Origin: Leptolyngbyaceae cyanobacterium | GTDB lineage: Bacteria; Cyanobacteriota; Cyanobacteriia; Phormidesmidales; Phormidesmidaceae | Assembly: GCA_050331235.1 (NCBI GenBank) | Contig: JBHJHA010000041.1 | Span: forward strand, 24,767-88,766 | DNA length: 64,000 nucleotides | Direction of reading: 5' to 3' | Shown: positions 30,451-41,029 of the stretch, piece by piece | How positions within the stretch are numbered: the first letter of the stretch is position 1 | Layout: the number at the start of each line of letters is the position of its first letter | Notes under the pieces: generated by a model | The model's database searches: none | What the model was told of the DNA's origin: nothing | What the model saw: the letters and a program-made list of their open reading frames with translations, nothing else | Made by a program: the position numbers and the translations under genes

Positions 30451-30888
30451 TTAGCGACGGACTCGCCCTGTAAAGCCAGACGCTTTGAACTGTTCCAACT
30501 TCAGCGGTTCAGGTTGGTTAGCAGCAACCGAAACCCTGAGTTCAAAAGGGCTTTCGCCAGGGGGCACTTCCTCAATGGAGCCCAGGCGGGTACGGTTCAT
30601 CATGGCGGGGTTATTGTTGGCGTCATAGATGCGGCCAAACACATCGGCATTAAGCACGGGCTTGCCAGAGGTATTTACGGCAGTTCCTTGAATCAGGTAA
30701 CAGTTGGCTTTTTGTAGCGAGCCAGAAGCCACAATGCCGTCAGAAAATTCCTCGGGACACGATGTGTAGGTTAAGTCTTTGAGCTCGATTTGCGTCATCG
30801 CCTGGGCCACTGGGGTAAAAACGAACGTTGCGACGAACAGGCCGACAATGACTCCCGCCATCAGTGCTGTTTTGAATCCAGTACGCAT
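30451..30888 (-). CDS. Conserved exported cyanobacterial hypothetical protein
   Basis: Signal peptide (AQA); two Cys; ADVFGRIYDA and NRTRLG. Confidence 0.75.
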   Translation of the reverse strand: MRTGFKTALMAGVIVGLFVATFVFTPVAQAMTQIELKDLTYTSCPEEFSDGIVASGSLQKANCYLIQGTAVNTSGKPVLNADVFGRIYDANNNPAMMNRTRLGSIEEVPPGESPFELRVSVAANQPEPLKLEQFKASGFTGRVRR

Positions 30889-30918
30889 CGTGGAGCTTCC
30901 TTTGATGAGAATGCATCT

Positions 30919-31845
30919 CTAGATTATCGTGAAATGTCGAGGCACCCCTGACGAGGGGTGCCCTAACTGAGTCTTTAAAGTTTTTCGCATGATACCAATG
31001 GGCGGTGCTTGTCGGGTCCAAATCTTGAGCGCGGCGGCACCCTGCTGTACTAGCATCTCAGTGCCATCGATAGGAGTAAGTCCTCGCTGAGTCGCAAGCT
31101 GTAAAAATTGTGTAGGGCTCGGTGTGTAAATCAAATCGTAGGCGATCGCAGTGGCGGGCAAGATCTCTAACTGCTGCTGCGTCATCGGCGTAGCGTCAAT
31201 CTGCGGGTGCATGCCAATGGGGGTTGTATTAACCACCAGTTGCGTCTTCGACAGTAAACCATCGAGATCGGCAAATCGACACGTTTGTAATGCCGGCTGT
31301 AGCGTCGAATCATGCCAACTGTTGACAAAGGCCTGCAGTTTGTCAGCGCTACGCCCCACTAGCCAGATATCTTGGCAGCCCAGAGTGACACAACCGGCGA
31401 CAACCGCCCGGGCCGCCCCCCCATTGCCTAAGATTACGACTCGGGCTTGAGACCAATCCTCAGACAAGGCTTGCAATGGAGCCATAAATCCGGTCACGTC
31501 GGTATTAGTACCAGCCCAACCTTGATCAGTGCGCCAAACTGTATTGACCGCGCCCACTGCTTGACCCACCTCAGTGACGGTTGCCAACAACGGCATCACG
31601 GCCTGCTTATGGGGAATGGTCACATTAAACCCTGTGACGCCTAAGGACCAAAGCCCCGCGATCGCCGACGGTAAATCATTGGGGTGAACCGGAAAGGGGA
31701 CATAAACGGCATCGTGGGCCAGTTGATAGAGGGCGGCATTTTGCATCGGTGGGGACAGCGAGTGCTCAACCGGATAACCGATGATGCCCAAAACCTCAGT
31801 AGCACCAGTGAACGCCGAGCTCGTCATCTTATTCTTTCCTTCCAA
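30919..31845 (-). CDS. aroE: Shikimate dehydrogenase
   Basis: HSLSP, NVTIPHK, GAVNT, NTD and GNGGAARA; start may be 31827. Confidence 0.95.
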   Translation of the reverse strand: MEGKNKMTSSAFTGATEVLGIIGYPVEHSLSPPMQNAALYQLAHDAVYVPFPVHPNDLPSAIAGLWSLGVTGFNVTIPHKQAVMPLLATVTEVGQAVGAVNTVWRTDQGWAGTNTDVTGFMAPLQALSEDWSQARVVILGNGGAARAVVAGCVTLGCQDIWLVGRSADKLQAFVNSWHDSTLQPALQTCRFADLDGLLSKTQLVVNTTPIGMHPQIDATPMTQQQLEILPATAIAYDLIYTPSPTQFLQLATQRGLTPIDGTEMLVQQGAAALKIWTRQAPPIGIMRKTLKTQLGHPSSGVPRHFTII

Positions 31846-31977
31846 GTTACGCTGAGATCATCCCGCAAAACAGGTGGAAGCCTGCGGCGAACATATTCTT
31901 TGACTGATGGTGTTGTGCCCACTAATCATGGCCGGTGTTGGCTAAATGGGCCGAGCAACAAAATGGATAAATGCGCT

Positions 31978-32766
31978 CTACTCGACGATAAATCCAGTTT
32001 CGACTCCGGTGGTTTCATGAACCTCAGAGTCGAGCAGCAGGGTTACGATTACCACCGTGATGTTATCGCGACCACCGTGCTTTTTAGCTGAGTTGATTAA
32101 GGCTTGAGCCGCGCTTTCTACAGCTCGAATTGACTTGAGATGGGCCGCAATAATGGTATCGGGCAGCTCTTCTGTCAAGCCGTCGCTACAGAGGAGGAAG
32201 CGATCGCCCGGCTGCGCCTCAATCGGCTGCACATCGATCCGGTGCATATCCTCGCGTCCGAGACATTGCGATAACACATGCCGCCAAGGGTGATTGCGCG
32301 ACTGGTCAACAGTTAATTCCCCCTCTCTGACGGCACGGGCAATCCAGGTATGGTCCTCTGTTAGAGCCACAATTTTAGGCCCGCGCAGCCGATATAGCCG
32401 AGAGTCGCCTACATGGGCACACCAGGGTTGACTATCTTTATCTGTCCGAAAGGCCAGCACCACGATGGTAGTCCCCATATCACCCCGTTCAGGGTGCTGT
32501 TTTTGGTCACTCAAAATGGCTTCATTGGCTAAGGTCAGGGACTGCTGCAGGATCTCCGCTGTCTTTGAGTCACTCTCCCAATGTTTTTCCAAATGATTAC
32601 GAATCGTGGTGGTTGCAATGCTGCTGGCTTCTTGCCCACCGGCATGTCCCCCCATGCCATCAGCCACAATAAAAAAGCGCCCCTCAGGGTCAATATGGTA
32701 TGCATCTTGGTTACTGGAACGCACCAACCCTGGGTCCGTCATTCCAGAAAAAATTAGCTTGAGCAT
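31978..32766 (-). CDS. PP2C-family Ser/Thr phosphatase (PphA/Stp1-like)
   Basis: VADGMGGH, MGTT, HVGDSR, LCSDGL and GGRDNIT. Confidence 0.93.
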   Translation of the reverse strand: MLKLIFSGMTDPGLVRSSNQDAYHIDPEGRFFIVADGMGGHAGGQEASSIATTTIRNHLEKHWESDSKTAEILQQSLTLANEAILSDQKQHPERGDMGTTIVVLAFRTDKDSQPWCAHVGDSRLYRLRGPKIVALTEDHTWIARAVREGELTVDQSRNHPWRHVLSQCLGREDMHRIDVQPIEAQPGDRFLLCSDGLTEELPDTIIAAHLKSIRAVESAAQALINSAKKHGGRDNITVVIVTLLLDSEVHETTGVETGFIVE

Positions 32767-32784
32767 CGACCCGTGTTTCCCCCG

Positions 32785-34692
32785 TTAAGGCAGTCGGTCA
32801 GCACGACCAATCTGCAGCATTAGACGCAGTAAAGCAATCCCAGATACTCCAGCAACAGCAAAAGCAGCGATCGCCAACCAGAGAAATCCATAAACCAGCA
32901 AAATAGTGGCGGATAACACAAAAGCCCCCACTAATAGTGTGTAGTTCGTCGCCATGTTGACGCTACTGATACGTCGCAAAATGCGATCAGTTTCAATAGA
33001 GCGCACGCGCACGCGCACGTCACCTCGCTCTAACTTACTGAGAGTATCTTCCAAGCGACGAGGCAAGCCAAATGCCGTCGAGCCTACCTGAGCTGCCTGA
33101 CGACCAATCTCGCCAAACAGAGATTCGGTAGAGTTGGATAAATCGTTATTGCTCATAAGCTTCGTGGCAAACGGCTTTGCCGCCTCCATAAAGTTAAACT
33201 CGGGATCGAGCCCTTTACCAACCCCTTCTAAGGTAGAAAAGGCTCGCATGACGAACGTAAACGTTGCCGGAAAACGAAAGGGTTGATCGTAGGCGATTTC
33301 GTACAAATCATCGCTAATTTCAGCCACCGACTGCTCTTCAAAGGGCTTATCCATCAGGTTGTCCAAAATATATTGAACAGACCGACGAACTGGACCCATA
33401 TCTTCAGCCTCGGCAAGTGCTCCTAAGTCCACCAACGAGGACACAACCAAGTCAGCATCTCTCTGAGCAATTCCTATGAACGTTATCATAAGACGCTCAC
33501 GGGTCACCGGCTGAATCTGCCCCATCATGCCAAAGTCATAAAAGATGAGTGCGCCCTCAGGACTCACCGCAATATTCCCAGGATGAGGATCCGCATGAAA
33601 GAAGCCATCATCCAAAAGCTGATGTAAATAAGCTTTAGCACCGAGGTGAGCTAATTCTTTGCGGTCTAGGCCGGCAGCCTCAAGCGCATCATAGTGGCTA
33701 ATCTTAATCCCAGGCATGTACTCTAGCGTTAACACGCGGGGCGTCGCATACCGCCAAAAGACGCGGGGCACCCGGGTCCACTCATGCTTACGAAAATTGC
33801 GGCGAAAGGTATCGGCGTTGCGCCCTTCGTTGAGGTAGTCAATTTCTTCCCAAAGGATGCGGCAGCATTCGTCATAAATCCCTAACCAGTCCCGACCTTT
33901 GCCCCAGTAGGGATGATTTTGAAAATAAACAGCAATCCCCTTAAGGATCGCCAGATCAATTCTAAATAACCGCTTGAGACCTGGCCGCTGAACCTTGACG
34001 ACAACCTCTTCACCTGAGTGAAGTCGAGCGCGATGTACCTGGCCGAGACTGGCCGCCGCCAAGGGAACCGGATCGAAGCTTTGGTACAAATCTGAAATTG
34101 ATTTACCAAAATCCGCCGTAATGATCTCTTCAACCTCTTCATAGCTGAAAGCAGGCACTCGGTCTTGCAGCTTGGACAGCTCCTCTACATACTCAGTAGG
34201 AAAGAGATCTGCTCGGGTAGAAAACAGCTGTCCCAACTTAATAAATGTCGGCCCCAGCTCAAGAAACGTTTCTCGGATCCAAATGGCTTGCCTGCGCCGT
34301 CGCGCTGCCATCTTTTCTGGAGTCATCTCACCCTGATAGCTCCAGGGCTTTTTGAATAGCCAGCGGGCTCCTAAGAATCGAAAGACGAAGGACCAGATAT
34401 CAGCAGATCGCTTGACCCGAGAGTAACGCTTCCGGTTCCACTTATAAGCCTTTTTGCTGGACGATAGACTGTGTAGTCGCAGAGGAGTGGTGGTTGACAC
34501 ATCCAGAAAACTAGATGCTGCCCTAAGCGAATCAGGATCTGCATGGGCGGATGAAGTATGAGCGCTCGCTGCAGTTTCCACAGCCTTTACCAAGTCGACT
34601 GCATGCTGTGACTCATCAGTTGCGGCGAGATTGCCTGACTCAGAATCAGGCGGGGCCGAGATGGAGGGTTCAGAATCGTAGGCAGCAGACAC
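32785..34692 (-). CDS. ABC1/AarF/UbiB atypical kinase
   Basis: LGPTFIKLGQ, AAASLGQVH, VVKVQRP, FFHADPHPGN and DFGM. Confidence 0.95.
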   Translation of the reverse strand: MSAAYDSEPSISAPPDSESGNLAATDESQHAVDLVKAVETAASAHTSSAHADPDSLRAASSFLDVSTTTPLRLHSLSSSKKAYKWNRKRYSRVKRSADIWSFVFRFLGARWLFKKPWSYQGEMTPEKMAARRRRQAIWIRETFLELGPTFIKLGQLFSTRADLFPTEYVEELSKLQDRVPAFSYEEVEEIITADFGKSISDLYQSFDPVPLAAASLGQVHRARLHSGEEVVVKVQRPGLKRLFRIDLAILKGIAVYFQNHPYWGKGRDWLGIYDECCRILWEEIDYLNEGRNADTFRRNFRKHEWTRVPRVFWRYATPRVLTLEYMPGIKISHYDALEAAGLDRKELAHLGAKAYLHQLLDDGFFHADPHPGNIAVSPEGALIFYDFGMMGQIQPVTRERLMITFIGIAQRDADLVVSSLVDLGALAEAEDMGPVRRSVQYILDNLMDKPFEEQSVAEISDDLYEIAYDQPFRFPATFTFVMRAFSTLEGVGKGLDPEFNFMEAAKPFATKLMSNNDLSNSTESLFGEIGRQAAQVGSTAFGLPRRLEDTLSKLERGDVRVRVRSIETDRILRRISSVNMATNYTLLVGAFVLSATILLVYGFLWLAIAAFAVAGVSGIALLRLMLQIGRADRLP

Positions 34693-34756
34693 TCAAACTC
34701 CGGAGCAAGTAGCTAAGGGGAACAAAAATCAGGACCAAATGAGCAACTGAGGCAGA

Positions 34757-35092
34757 TTAATTCAAAGATGCCCGATACTGTTGCAAAGTCGAACGCACCT
34801 GCGCAATTTCGGCGCGCAAGTTGTCAATTGTCGCCTGCAAATCTTGAGGGTTAGAGATGCCCGTAGCGCCTGCAGAAAAGCCTCCAGTAGCAGCTTCCTG
34901 GCCCACGGTAGATTCTTGTTGCTGAACGCGTGCCATTACGTCCTCAGTAAACTGACGCAAATTTTCGCGCTGCTCAGCGTCAAACCGCCCCAGATCGCTC
35001 AAGGCCTCAGTCATTGATTGCTCGACTTTTTCACTAATCGCGCTTGCTAGAGCACGACCCATAAAAAAGGCATGGACAACGGGACTACTCAT
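34757..35092 (-). CDS. Conserved cyanobacterial protein (DUF6825-like)
   Basis: [23 protein letters not shown] and [13 protein letters not shown]; sits just upstream of the ABC1 kinase. Confidence 0.75.
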   Translation of the reverse strand: MSSPVVHAFFMGRALASAISEKVEQSMTEALSDLGRFDAEQRENLRQFTEDVMARVQQQESTVGQEAATGGFSAGATGISNPQDLQATIDNLRAEIAQVRSTLQQYRASLN

Positions 35093-35197
35093 AATGTCAC
35101 ACTTTGTTACACCTCTCGTCAAGATTATAACGTTCTTGCCCAAAAGTCCCGCGCACAACTGCCATTAAGTTAAATCAATCGCTCGAGTAACGAATAC

Positions 35198-36628
35198 TTA
35201 CCCTTCCGAGCTCATGCCAGCAGCCGACGCGTCGGGCGGGCTAACTTCGGATGTAGGTCGGGACAAAATATCGTCAGTACTAGAAAAGCTATTGGGATCA
35301 ACCTCTATGGGCGGTGCTTCGAGCGGGTCAACAGGCGATGGCAGAGGCTCGGCTGCTGGCTCCGGGGGCGCAATGATGTCATCCAGAGAAACTCCTGGCG
35401 CTTGCTCTTCTGCTCCCGCTGCACTGGGAGCCTGCACAGGCTCCGTCACAGAAGGCTCAACATCAGGGAACAATTCATCTTGTGTCTCAATCGTTTCAAA
35501 TGCGGCTTCTGGCTGTGTCTCTTCACTGGGAGGGTTCGATTCAAACCATTCCTCTCGCTGTATAGGAATGTCGCTCTCAGGCAAAAACGGTTCATCAAAA
35601 GCAGCAGCTTCTGGAGAATCCCCTGACCACTCGGCTTGAGCCGGAAAAGACTGCTTGGGATTGAGCTGAATGACACCCGGCAGGCTGGTTGCGCTCAATC
35701 GCCAAGCGGTGCCAACACCCACACCCACGATGGCCGCAATAAGAGCCGTGCCGCCCAGTGCCGGAACCAATCTAGAGCGCCGAGCTTGGCCTGCTCGATC
35801 AAGCATCGGCCCTGATTTGATCAGTTTTTGGCGAGGGGACTGAACCTGGTAAGCGGTGCCACTATCCGGCAGCATATCGAGCCATCGAGTGAGGTTAGTA
35901 GTCTCTGGTGTTGCTGGCGATCGCCCGCCTTGAACAATCGCGTCAACGATCAATGGGCTCAGGGTAGGACGATGCTTCGCCAGGCTAGCTTTGATACTGC
36001 TGTCAGTTGCATTAGGGGAAATCTCTTGCCCGGTCAAAAAGCTAAATAGTAATTTCGATAATCCTTGCACAGAGGACTGAGGCGTCGTCTCACTCGCCGC
36101 CTGACCTTGCAAGTAAGCTTGGGGTAGTCCAGTCAAAGTCAGCTGATCATGGCCCGGATTAAGCCATACCCGATTAGAGGACAAATCTAAGTCAGTGATG
36201 CCCTGGGCTTCGAGCCATGTTAGCTGATGAGCAATTGTGCGAATGTTGGTCAGGCTCTGTTTGGGTGACAGCGGTGAGCAATCCTTGCGTGCAGATGACC
36301 AGGGCAAGCCGACAGCCGTTCCCATTGCGAGACACAGCGTTTGAGCTTCACCACGAAATAGCTGAAAAGACTTCGGCAATGGTGACTGAGGGGCAAAGGC
36401 AACCCCTTCTAGGCGAGCGATTAGCGCCGATAAATCGCTGAAGTCAGAACCATCCGCAATGGGAAAAACCTGAATAAAGACTGGCATTCCAGCCACGACA
36501 TGGGTGCCCCAGTAGAGGTCACCGTTAGGAGCGGCTTCTAGAAGTGCGTCGATAACGTAGTGACCATTTTGCAGGGCAGTCCCAGGGGCAAGCGGCATAG
36601 GTTTAAGAACGACAGAGAGAGAGGTCAA
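35198..36628 (-). CDS. Membrane-anchored Ser/Thr pseudokinase with acidic Pro-rich tail
   Basis: LAPGTALQNGHYVI kinase N-lobe start with degenerate catalytic motifs; one TM; start may be near 36598. Confidence 0.7.
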   Translation of the reverse strand: MTSLSVVLKPMPLAPGTALQNGHYVIDALLEAAPNGDLYWGTHVVAGMPVFIQVFPIADGSDFSDLSALIARLEGVAFAPQSPLPKSFQLFRGEAQTLCLAMGTAVGLPWSSARKDCSPLSPKQSLTNIRTIAHQLTWLEAQGITDLDLSSNRVWLNPGHDQLTLTGLPQAYLQGQAASETTPQSSVQGLSKLLFSFLTGQEISPNATDSSIKASLAKHRPTLSPLIVDAIVQGGRSPATPETTNLTRWLDMLPDSGTAYQVQSPRQKLIKSGPMLDRAGQARRSRLVPALGGTALIAAIVGVGVGTAWRLSATSLPGVIQLNPKQSFPAQAEWSGDSPEAAAFDEPFLPESDIPIQREEWFESNPPSEETQPEAAFETIETQDELFPDVEPSVTEPVQAPSAAGAEEQAPGVSLDDIIAPPEPAAEPLPSPVDPLEAPPIEVDPNSFSSTDDILSRPTSEVSPPDASAAGMSSEG

Positions 36629-36687
36629 ATTCAGACTTTCTTAATCTACCCTGCCCTGCCGGAGATCGCAGCCTCTACGCTGACAAA

Positions 36688-39486
36688 TCAGAGATCGCGG
36701 TTGTGCGTCTCCTCTATAGATGGACGTGGCGGTGGCGGAAAATGCTGAAGCACGAAGGTAATCGCCTCGGCGTGATTGCCCACTCCACCATCTAAGGTCG
36801 CCGCCAGCACCGCCGCCAAGATCTTGCGGTAGGCGGGCCCCGGTCGATATCCCAGCCGCTTCAGGTCATTCCCATTGAGGGGGGCCGTCACCTGGGACCA
36901 ATCAGTCAGATAGCGCCAAATGTGGCTACCGGCCTGTTGCCCGTGACGCAGGCTCATGAGCAGTAATGTTATCAAGTCATAACTAGCAAAAAGATTGACA
37001 TACTGGCTGGGGCGATCGCACATAGGCAACTGAGCCAAGAGGTGCTGCTCAGCTGTCGCGAATGTGTTGATCCGCTGCACGTTATCGTGAGGAAGCTGCA
37101 AGTTGGTTGCGACCTGCCCGCGATCAGTCTCGGGAATGGCCACCAACAGCAGTTCTAGGCGCACCTGCCAAGGGGTGAGTTGGGACAATGACCCGACTTG
37201 GCTGAGCCAACGGCTCAGCCGTCGTAACTGTTGCCAGAGCGCGGCGCTCACCGTTAGTTCCGGGTGTAGGCAAGTAAGAGCCCCCAAATTGGCGAGCTGG
37301 GCCAGGGCCGGTTCCCAATAGTCGGCTTCTAGAATGTACTGAAGCTCTGTTTTTAGACGGGCCTGAAGCGCTGGGAGCTTGGCAATTTCGGCCTGTAGAC
37401 GCCGAAAAACGCCACTTTCGATCGCGTACCGAATGAACGACTCAGTTTGAGGTTCTAGCGAAAATCCGAGCCGTACGGCAAAACGCACCGCCCGATAAAT
37501 CCGAGTGGGATCCTCAATAAAGCTATTGGCGTGTAACACCCGGATGTAGCGTTCACGTAAATCTAACAGGCCGCCAAAAAAGTCTAAGAGTTGCCCCGGT
37601 TGCGGAGGCGTGAGACGGATCGCTAACGCATTGATTGTGAAGTCTCGCCGGTAGAGATCCTGACGGATAGAACTGGCTTCCACCTCTGGATTAGCCGCTG
37701 GATAGGGATAAAACTCAGTGCGGGCCGTGGCAATATCGACCATGAGAGAGCCTGAGGCCGTCGGCGACTCATGCCACACCAACGCTGCTGTTTGAAAGCG
37801 TCCATAGACCTGCAATTCCGCCTGGGGATGATCGGCCTTGATCGCTTCTGCTAAGACCACCCCTGCCCCCATTTCTAGAGTTTGATAGGCACTGTCAACA
37901 ACTAAGTCGACGTCTGGCAAGTTTAAAGGGGTATCGCGGTCTGTCAGGAAAAGGTCTCGAACGCCGCCACCCACTAGGTAGAGCTGCCAGCCGCGATCGC
38001 AGGCTACCGCAGACATTGCTTGCAGCATTTGCCACAAAATAGCTGGCAGCCGTCGCTGTAAGGTCTGCCACAAATCGGCAGCCGTCGGCGTCGGTAACGA
38101 CTTCTCAGCTGTCAGACGCAATGCGGCTGCGCCCCGCTGCGACTGGTGAATCTGCCGGAGCACGTCCGTGCGTGTCACCACACCGACTAACTGACTATCT
38201 GACAGCACCGGTAGCCGCCCAATGTCGTAAGTCACCATCAACGCTTCAATCTCTGGCAGAGACGTTTGGGGCGTGATGGTTTTCACCTGAGTTGACATGT
38301 ATCCTTTCACGGGCGCATGGCCAAACCCGTGATGTAGGGCCAAATCAATATCACGCCGAGAAATTACCCCCACTAGTTGGCCCTGTTGATCCACTACGGA
38401 GAGACCAGAATGCCCATAACGCAGAAGAATACGCTGCGCTTCAGCAATGCGCGTTGCGGGCAAAATTGTTCGAACGGGCGAAGACATGACATCACGCGCT
38501 GTCGGCACAGGGGGAATCTGCTGACGAAGGGCAGCTAGCACTCGAGCAAAGTCAGCTTGGGGATTGGCAGTCACGCAGGTAGCGGCAGCGGCAGTGGCAT
38601 GGCCGCCACCGCCCAGGGGAGCAAACAGTCGTCCCAGATGCAGCCCTCCCGCGTCCTGAGCGATCGCGGCGACCCGTCCCCGAGCTCGGCCAATCAACAC
38701 AAGCTTGTATGTCCCCGCTTTGGTAGGAAACCAGGCCCCAAACAGCAGGCTATCTAGATCGAGAAAGGTGATCAGCCGTTCCGCCAAACCGGAAAGGCCG
38801 GACACATGCTTCGCTGTTTCTAGCAATACCCAGCCCAAAGTATGTCCCAGATAGGTTTCTCTCTGTATTTGAGCGATCGCCTGCTCTGACAGGGTTTGTA
38901 GCGTCGGCGATAGATTGGGTTCCACAAACTCAGCAATGACGCTTTGACTAGCGCCTTGGCCAAGCAGCCACGCCAAGGCACGGGCATCTCGGGCAGTGGC
39001 GGACAGGAACGTTAACGAGCCCGTGTCAACGTGTATACCCAGGGCCATGACTGTAGCCTGAGCCACCGTCAGAGTCACATTCTGTGCTTGCAAAGCTTCG
39101 ACCACTAAGGTTGTAGCCGCACCAACCGCATCGGCCACCACTTGGGTGGCGGGTAGCCCGTCACACCCAATATCATGGCCCCCATGATGGTCATAGACGA
39201 TAATGTCTTTATCTTGTTGAGCGATTTCGGTAACCCACCGCCCAAGCGGTCCAAGTCGGCCAAGCGATTGGGTATCAACAATTGTGATGGTCTGCACCGC
39301 GTCCAGCTCTACGGCTCGGCGTTCAATCAGCGGATATTCATCGCGATGAAGGGCCAAAAACACCTGTACGGTAGGGTGGCAGCCCCCGGCCAAAACGATG
39401 CGAGCTGCCGGGTTGAGGAGGGTAATGCCAACGGCTGCACCGAGGGTATCAAAATCAGCAGTGGTATGGCACAGCACCAAATCCAT
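36688..39486 (-). CDS. DHH-CBS-nucleotidyltransferase (A-adding tRNA nucleotidyltransferase)
   Basis: YDHH, GGGH, two CBS domains, VGGGVRD, DVDLVV, RRDFTINA and EDPTRI. Confidence 0.92.
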   Translation of the reverse strand: MDLVLCHTTADFDTLGAAVGITLLNPAARIVLAGGCHPTVQVFLALHRDEYPLIERRAVELDAVQTITIVDTQSLGRLGPLGRWVTEIAQQDKDIIVYDHHGGHDIGCDGLPATQVVADAVGAATTLVVEALQAQNVTLTVAQATVMALGIHVDTGSLTFLSATARDARALAWLLGQGASQSVIAEFVEPNLSPTLQTLSEQAIAQIQRETYLGHTLGWVLLETAKHVSGLSGLAERLITFLDLDSLLFGAWFPTKAGTYKLVLIGRARGRVAAIAQDAGGLHLGRLFAPLGGGGHATAAAATCVTANPQADFARVLAALRQQIPPVPTARDVMSSPVRTILPATRIAEAQRILLRYGHSGLSVVDQQGQLVGVISRRDIDLALHHGFGHAPVKGYMSTQVKTITPQTSLPEIEALMVTYDIGRLPVLSDSQLVGVVTRTDVLRQIHQSQRGAAALRLTAEKSLPTPTAADLWQTLQRRLPAILWQMLQAMSAVACDRGWQLYLVGGGVRDLFLTDRDTPLNLPDVDLVVDSAYQTLEMGAGVVLAEAIKADHPQAELQVYGRFQTAALVWHESPTASGSLMVDIATARTEFYPYPAANPEVEASSIRQDLYRRDFTINALAIRLTPPQPGQLLDFFGGLLDLRERYIRVLHANSFIEDPTRIYRAVRFAVRLGFSLEPQTESFIRYAIESGVFRRLQAEIAKLPALQARLKTELQYILEADYWEPALAQLANLGALTCLHPELTVSAALWQQLRRLSRWLSQVGSLSQLTPWQVRLELLLVAIPETDRGQVATNLQLPHDNVQRINTFATAEQHLLAQLPMCDRPSQYVNLFASYDLITLLLMSLRHGQQAGSHIWRYLTDWSQVTAPLNGNDLKRLGYRPGPAYRKILAAVLAATLDGGVGNHAEAITFVLQHFPPPPRPSIEETHNRDL

Positions 39487-39728
39487 GGAAGTCTTACACT
39501 CATTCGCTTACTTTTGGCCGGGTCCATCGCGTCAGCTTGCGATCGCCCAGGCAGCCGCGATCGCACCTGAATTCATTTTGAGTCCACTGCGCTCAGTGAC
39601 CCGGTACTGACGCTTCCGTCACACCCCCATTTCTGATAGCTTACTAATAATAATGTGAGTCATCAGACAGCTCCATTGCTGTTTCGGCTTGCATCCTTGC
39701 TGTGTTGAGATAGAGAGATTTAAGCAAA

Positions 39729-39917
39729 ATGGTAATTGTTTTCCAGTTGGCACTTTTGGCGCTGGTTCTTTTGTCCTTTGTCATGGTGATCGGGGTACCC
39801 GTTGCCTATGCCTCTCCCCAAAACTGGGAGCAGTCCAAGCGATTGATTCTGCTGGGTTCTGTTCTTTGGGGTATTTTAGTGGTGGTAGTCGGTGGATTGA
39901 ACTACCTTGTGGTGTAA
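39729..39917 (+). CDS. psbZ: Photosystem II reaction centre protein Z
   Basis: [25 protein letters not shown]. Confidence 0.97.
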   Translation: MVIVFQLALLALVLLSFVMVIGVPVAYASPQNWEQSKRLILLGSVLWGILVVVVGGLNYLVV

Positions 39918-39938
39918 CCCTTAAGGCATTGATATTTC

Positions 39939-40508
39939 ATGGCTGTTTTTGAAGGCAACTTTCACCAGAGTGAACCGCGTCGCTTTGCTCTGGTGATTGG
40001 TCGTTTTAATGACCTCATCACGGAAAAGCTTTTAGCTGGCTGCCAAGACTGCTTAAAGCGCCATGGCGTCGATGTCGATCCTCAAGGAGAGCAGGTCGAC
40101 TATGCCTGGGTACCCGGTAGCTTTGAGGTCCCGATGGTGGCCCGTCAACTCGCTCTAACAGGTCGTTACAGCGCTATTATCTGCTTAGGGGCGGTAATTA
40201 AGGGCCAGACTCCTCACTTCGACTATGTTGCTGCCGAGGTTTCTAAAGGAGTTGCAGCAGCAAGTTTCCAAACGGGTGTCCCTATTGTCTTTGGCGTACT
40301 GACGACAGATACGATGCAGCAGGCCTTAGAGCGAGCTGGCATCAAAAGCAATTTGGGGTGGAGCTATGCGATGAGTGCTTTGGAGATGTCCAGTCTAATG
40401 GGTCAGATCCGCTCACTCCCCTCGGAAGGTCACAATAGTTTATTGGAGGATACAAAGCCGTCTTTGCCATCTTCGACGGTCTCAACTCGAGCCACTCAGG
40501 CAAATTAG
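39939..40508 (+). CDS. ribH: 6,7-dimethyl-8-ribityllumazine synthase
   Basis: [20 protein letters not shown] and ERAGIK. Confidence 0.97.
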   Translation: MAVFEGNFHQSEPRRFALVIGRFNDLITEKLLAGCQDCLKRHGVDVDPQGEQVDYAWVPGSFEVPMVARQLALTGRYSAIICLGAVIKGQTPHFDYVAAEVSKGVAAASFQTGVPIVFGVLTTDTMQQALERAGIKSNLGWSYAMSALEMSSLMGQIRSLPSEGHNSLLEDTKPSLPSSTVSTRATQAN

Positions 40509-40554
40509 TCCGCACCCTTCAACCAGCAGTTTTAGAAAAGTTCGTCTGAAAATG

Positions 40555-40583
40555 TTGACAAAGAAAACCCCGTTTGAGATATT
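40555..40583 (+). promoter_or_regulatory. Sigma70-type promoter of tRNA-Gly
   Basis: TTGACA-N17-GATATT with an extended TG. Confidence 0.6.
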
Positions 40584-40609
40584 AGATAAACGCCTGAAAT
40601 AGAGGTCAT

Positions 40610-40681
40610 GCGGGTATAGCTCAGTGGTAGAGCGTCACCTTGCCAAGGTGAATGTCGCGCGTTCGAATCGCGTTACCCGCT
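40610..40681 (+). tRNA. tRNA-Gly(GCC), CCA not encoded
   Basis: GCGGGTA acceptor stem, TTGCCAA anticodon loop, GTTCGAATC T-loop, ends TACCCGC-T. Confidence 0.97.
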
Positions 40682-41029
40682 TTTGGTTGAAGTAGAACAA
40701 TTTTTATCTAAAATAAGCTTCTTGCTACCCCCTGCAGCAGCGTTTTAGTTTTTTTGCGAAATATTACCTGACTCATTTCAGACTTGGAAACACTGCAATG
40801 TGAACCAGTCTGTCTGACCGTTTCAAGTCTGCTGACTGTGGTCGGCTGTGGTCAATAACCTCTAGGGGATGATAGCGGCAAGCTGTGTGCCTGTGATGGG
40901 CGCACAGCTTGCCAAACAGATAGGACTGGAAGCCAAAAGAACTTAGTTCCCATGCGGCATCAGTGCTGAACTGGGGAAGACTAGGGGTGTTATTTTTGAA
41001 CGCTTTGACCTTAGCCGTCCCTAACCGAC

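Noticed and set aside
33001..33019. GCGCAC tandem repeat
   Set aside because: Encodes VRVRVR within the ABC1 kinase
40682..41029. Possible genomic island at tRNA-Gly
   Set aside because: No integrase, and I saw no duplicated tRNA 3' end in the window
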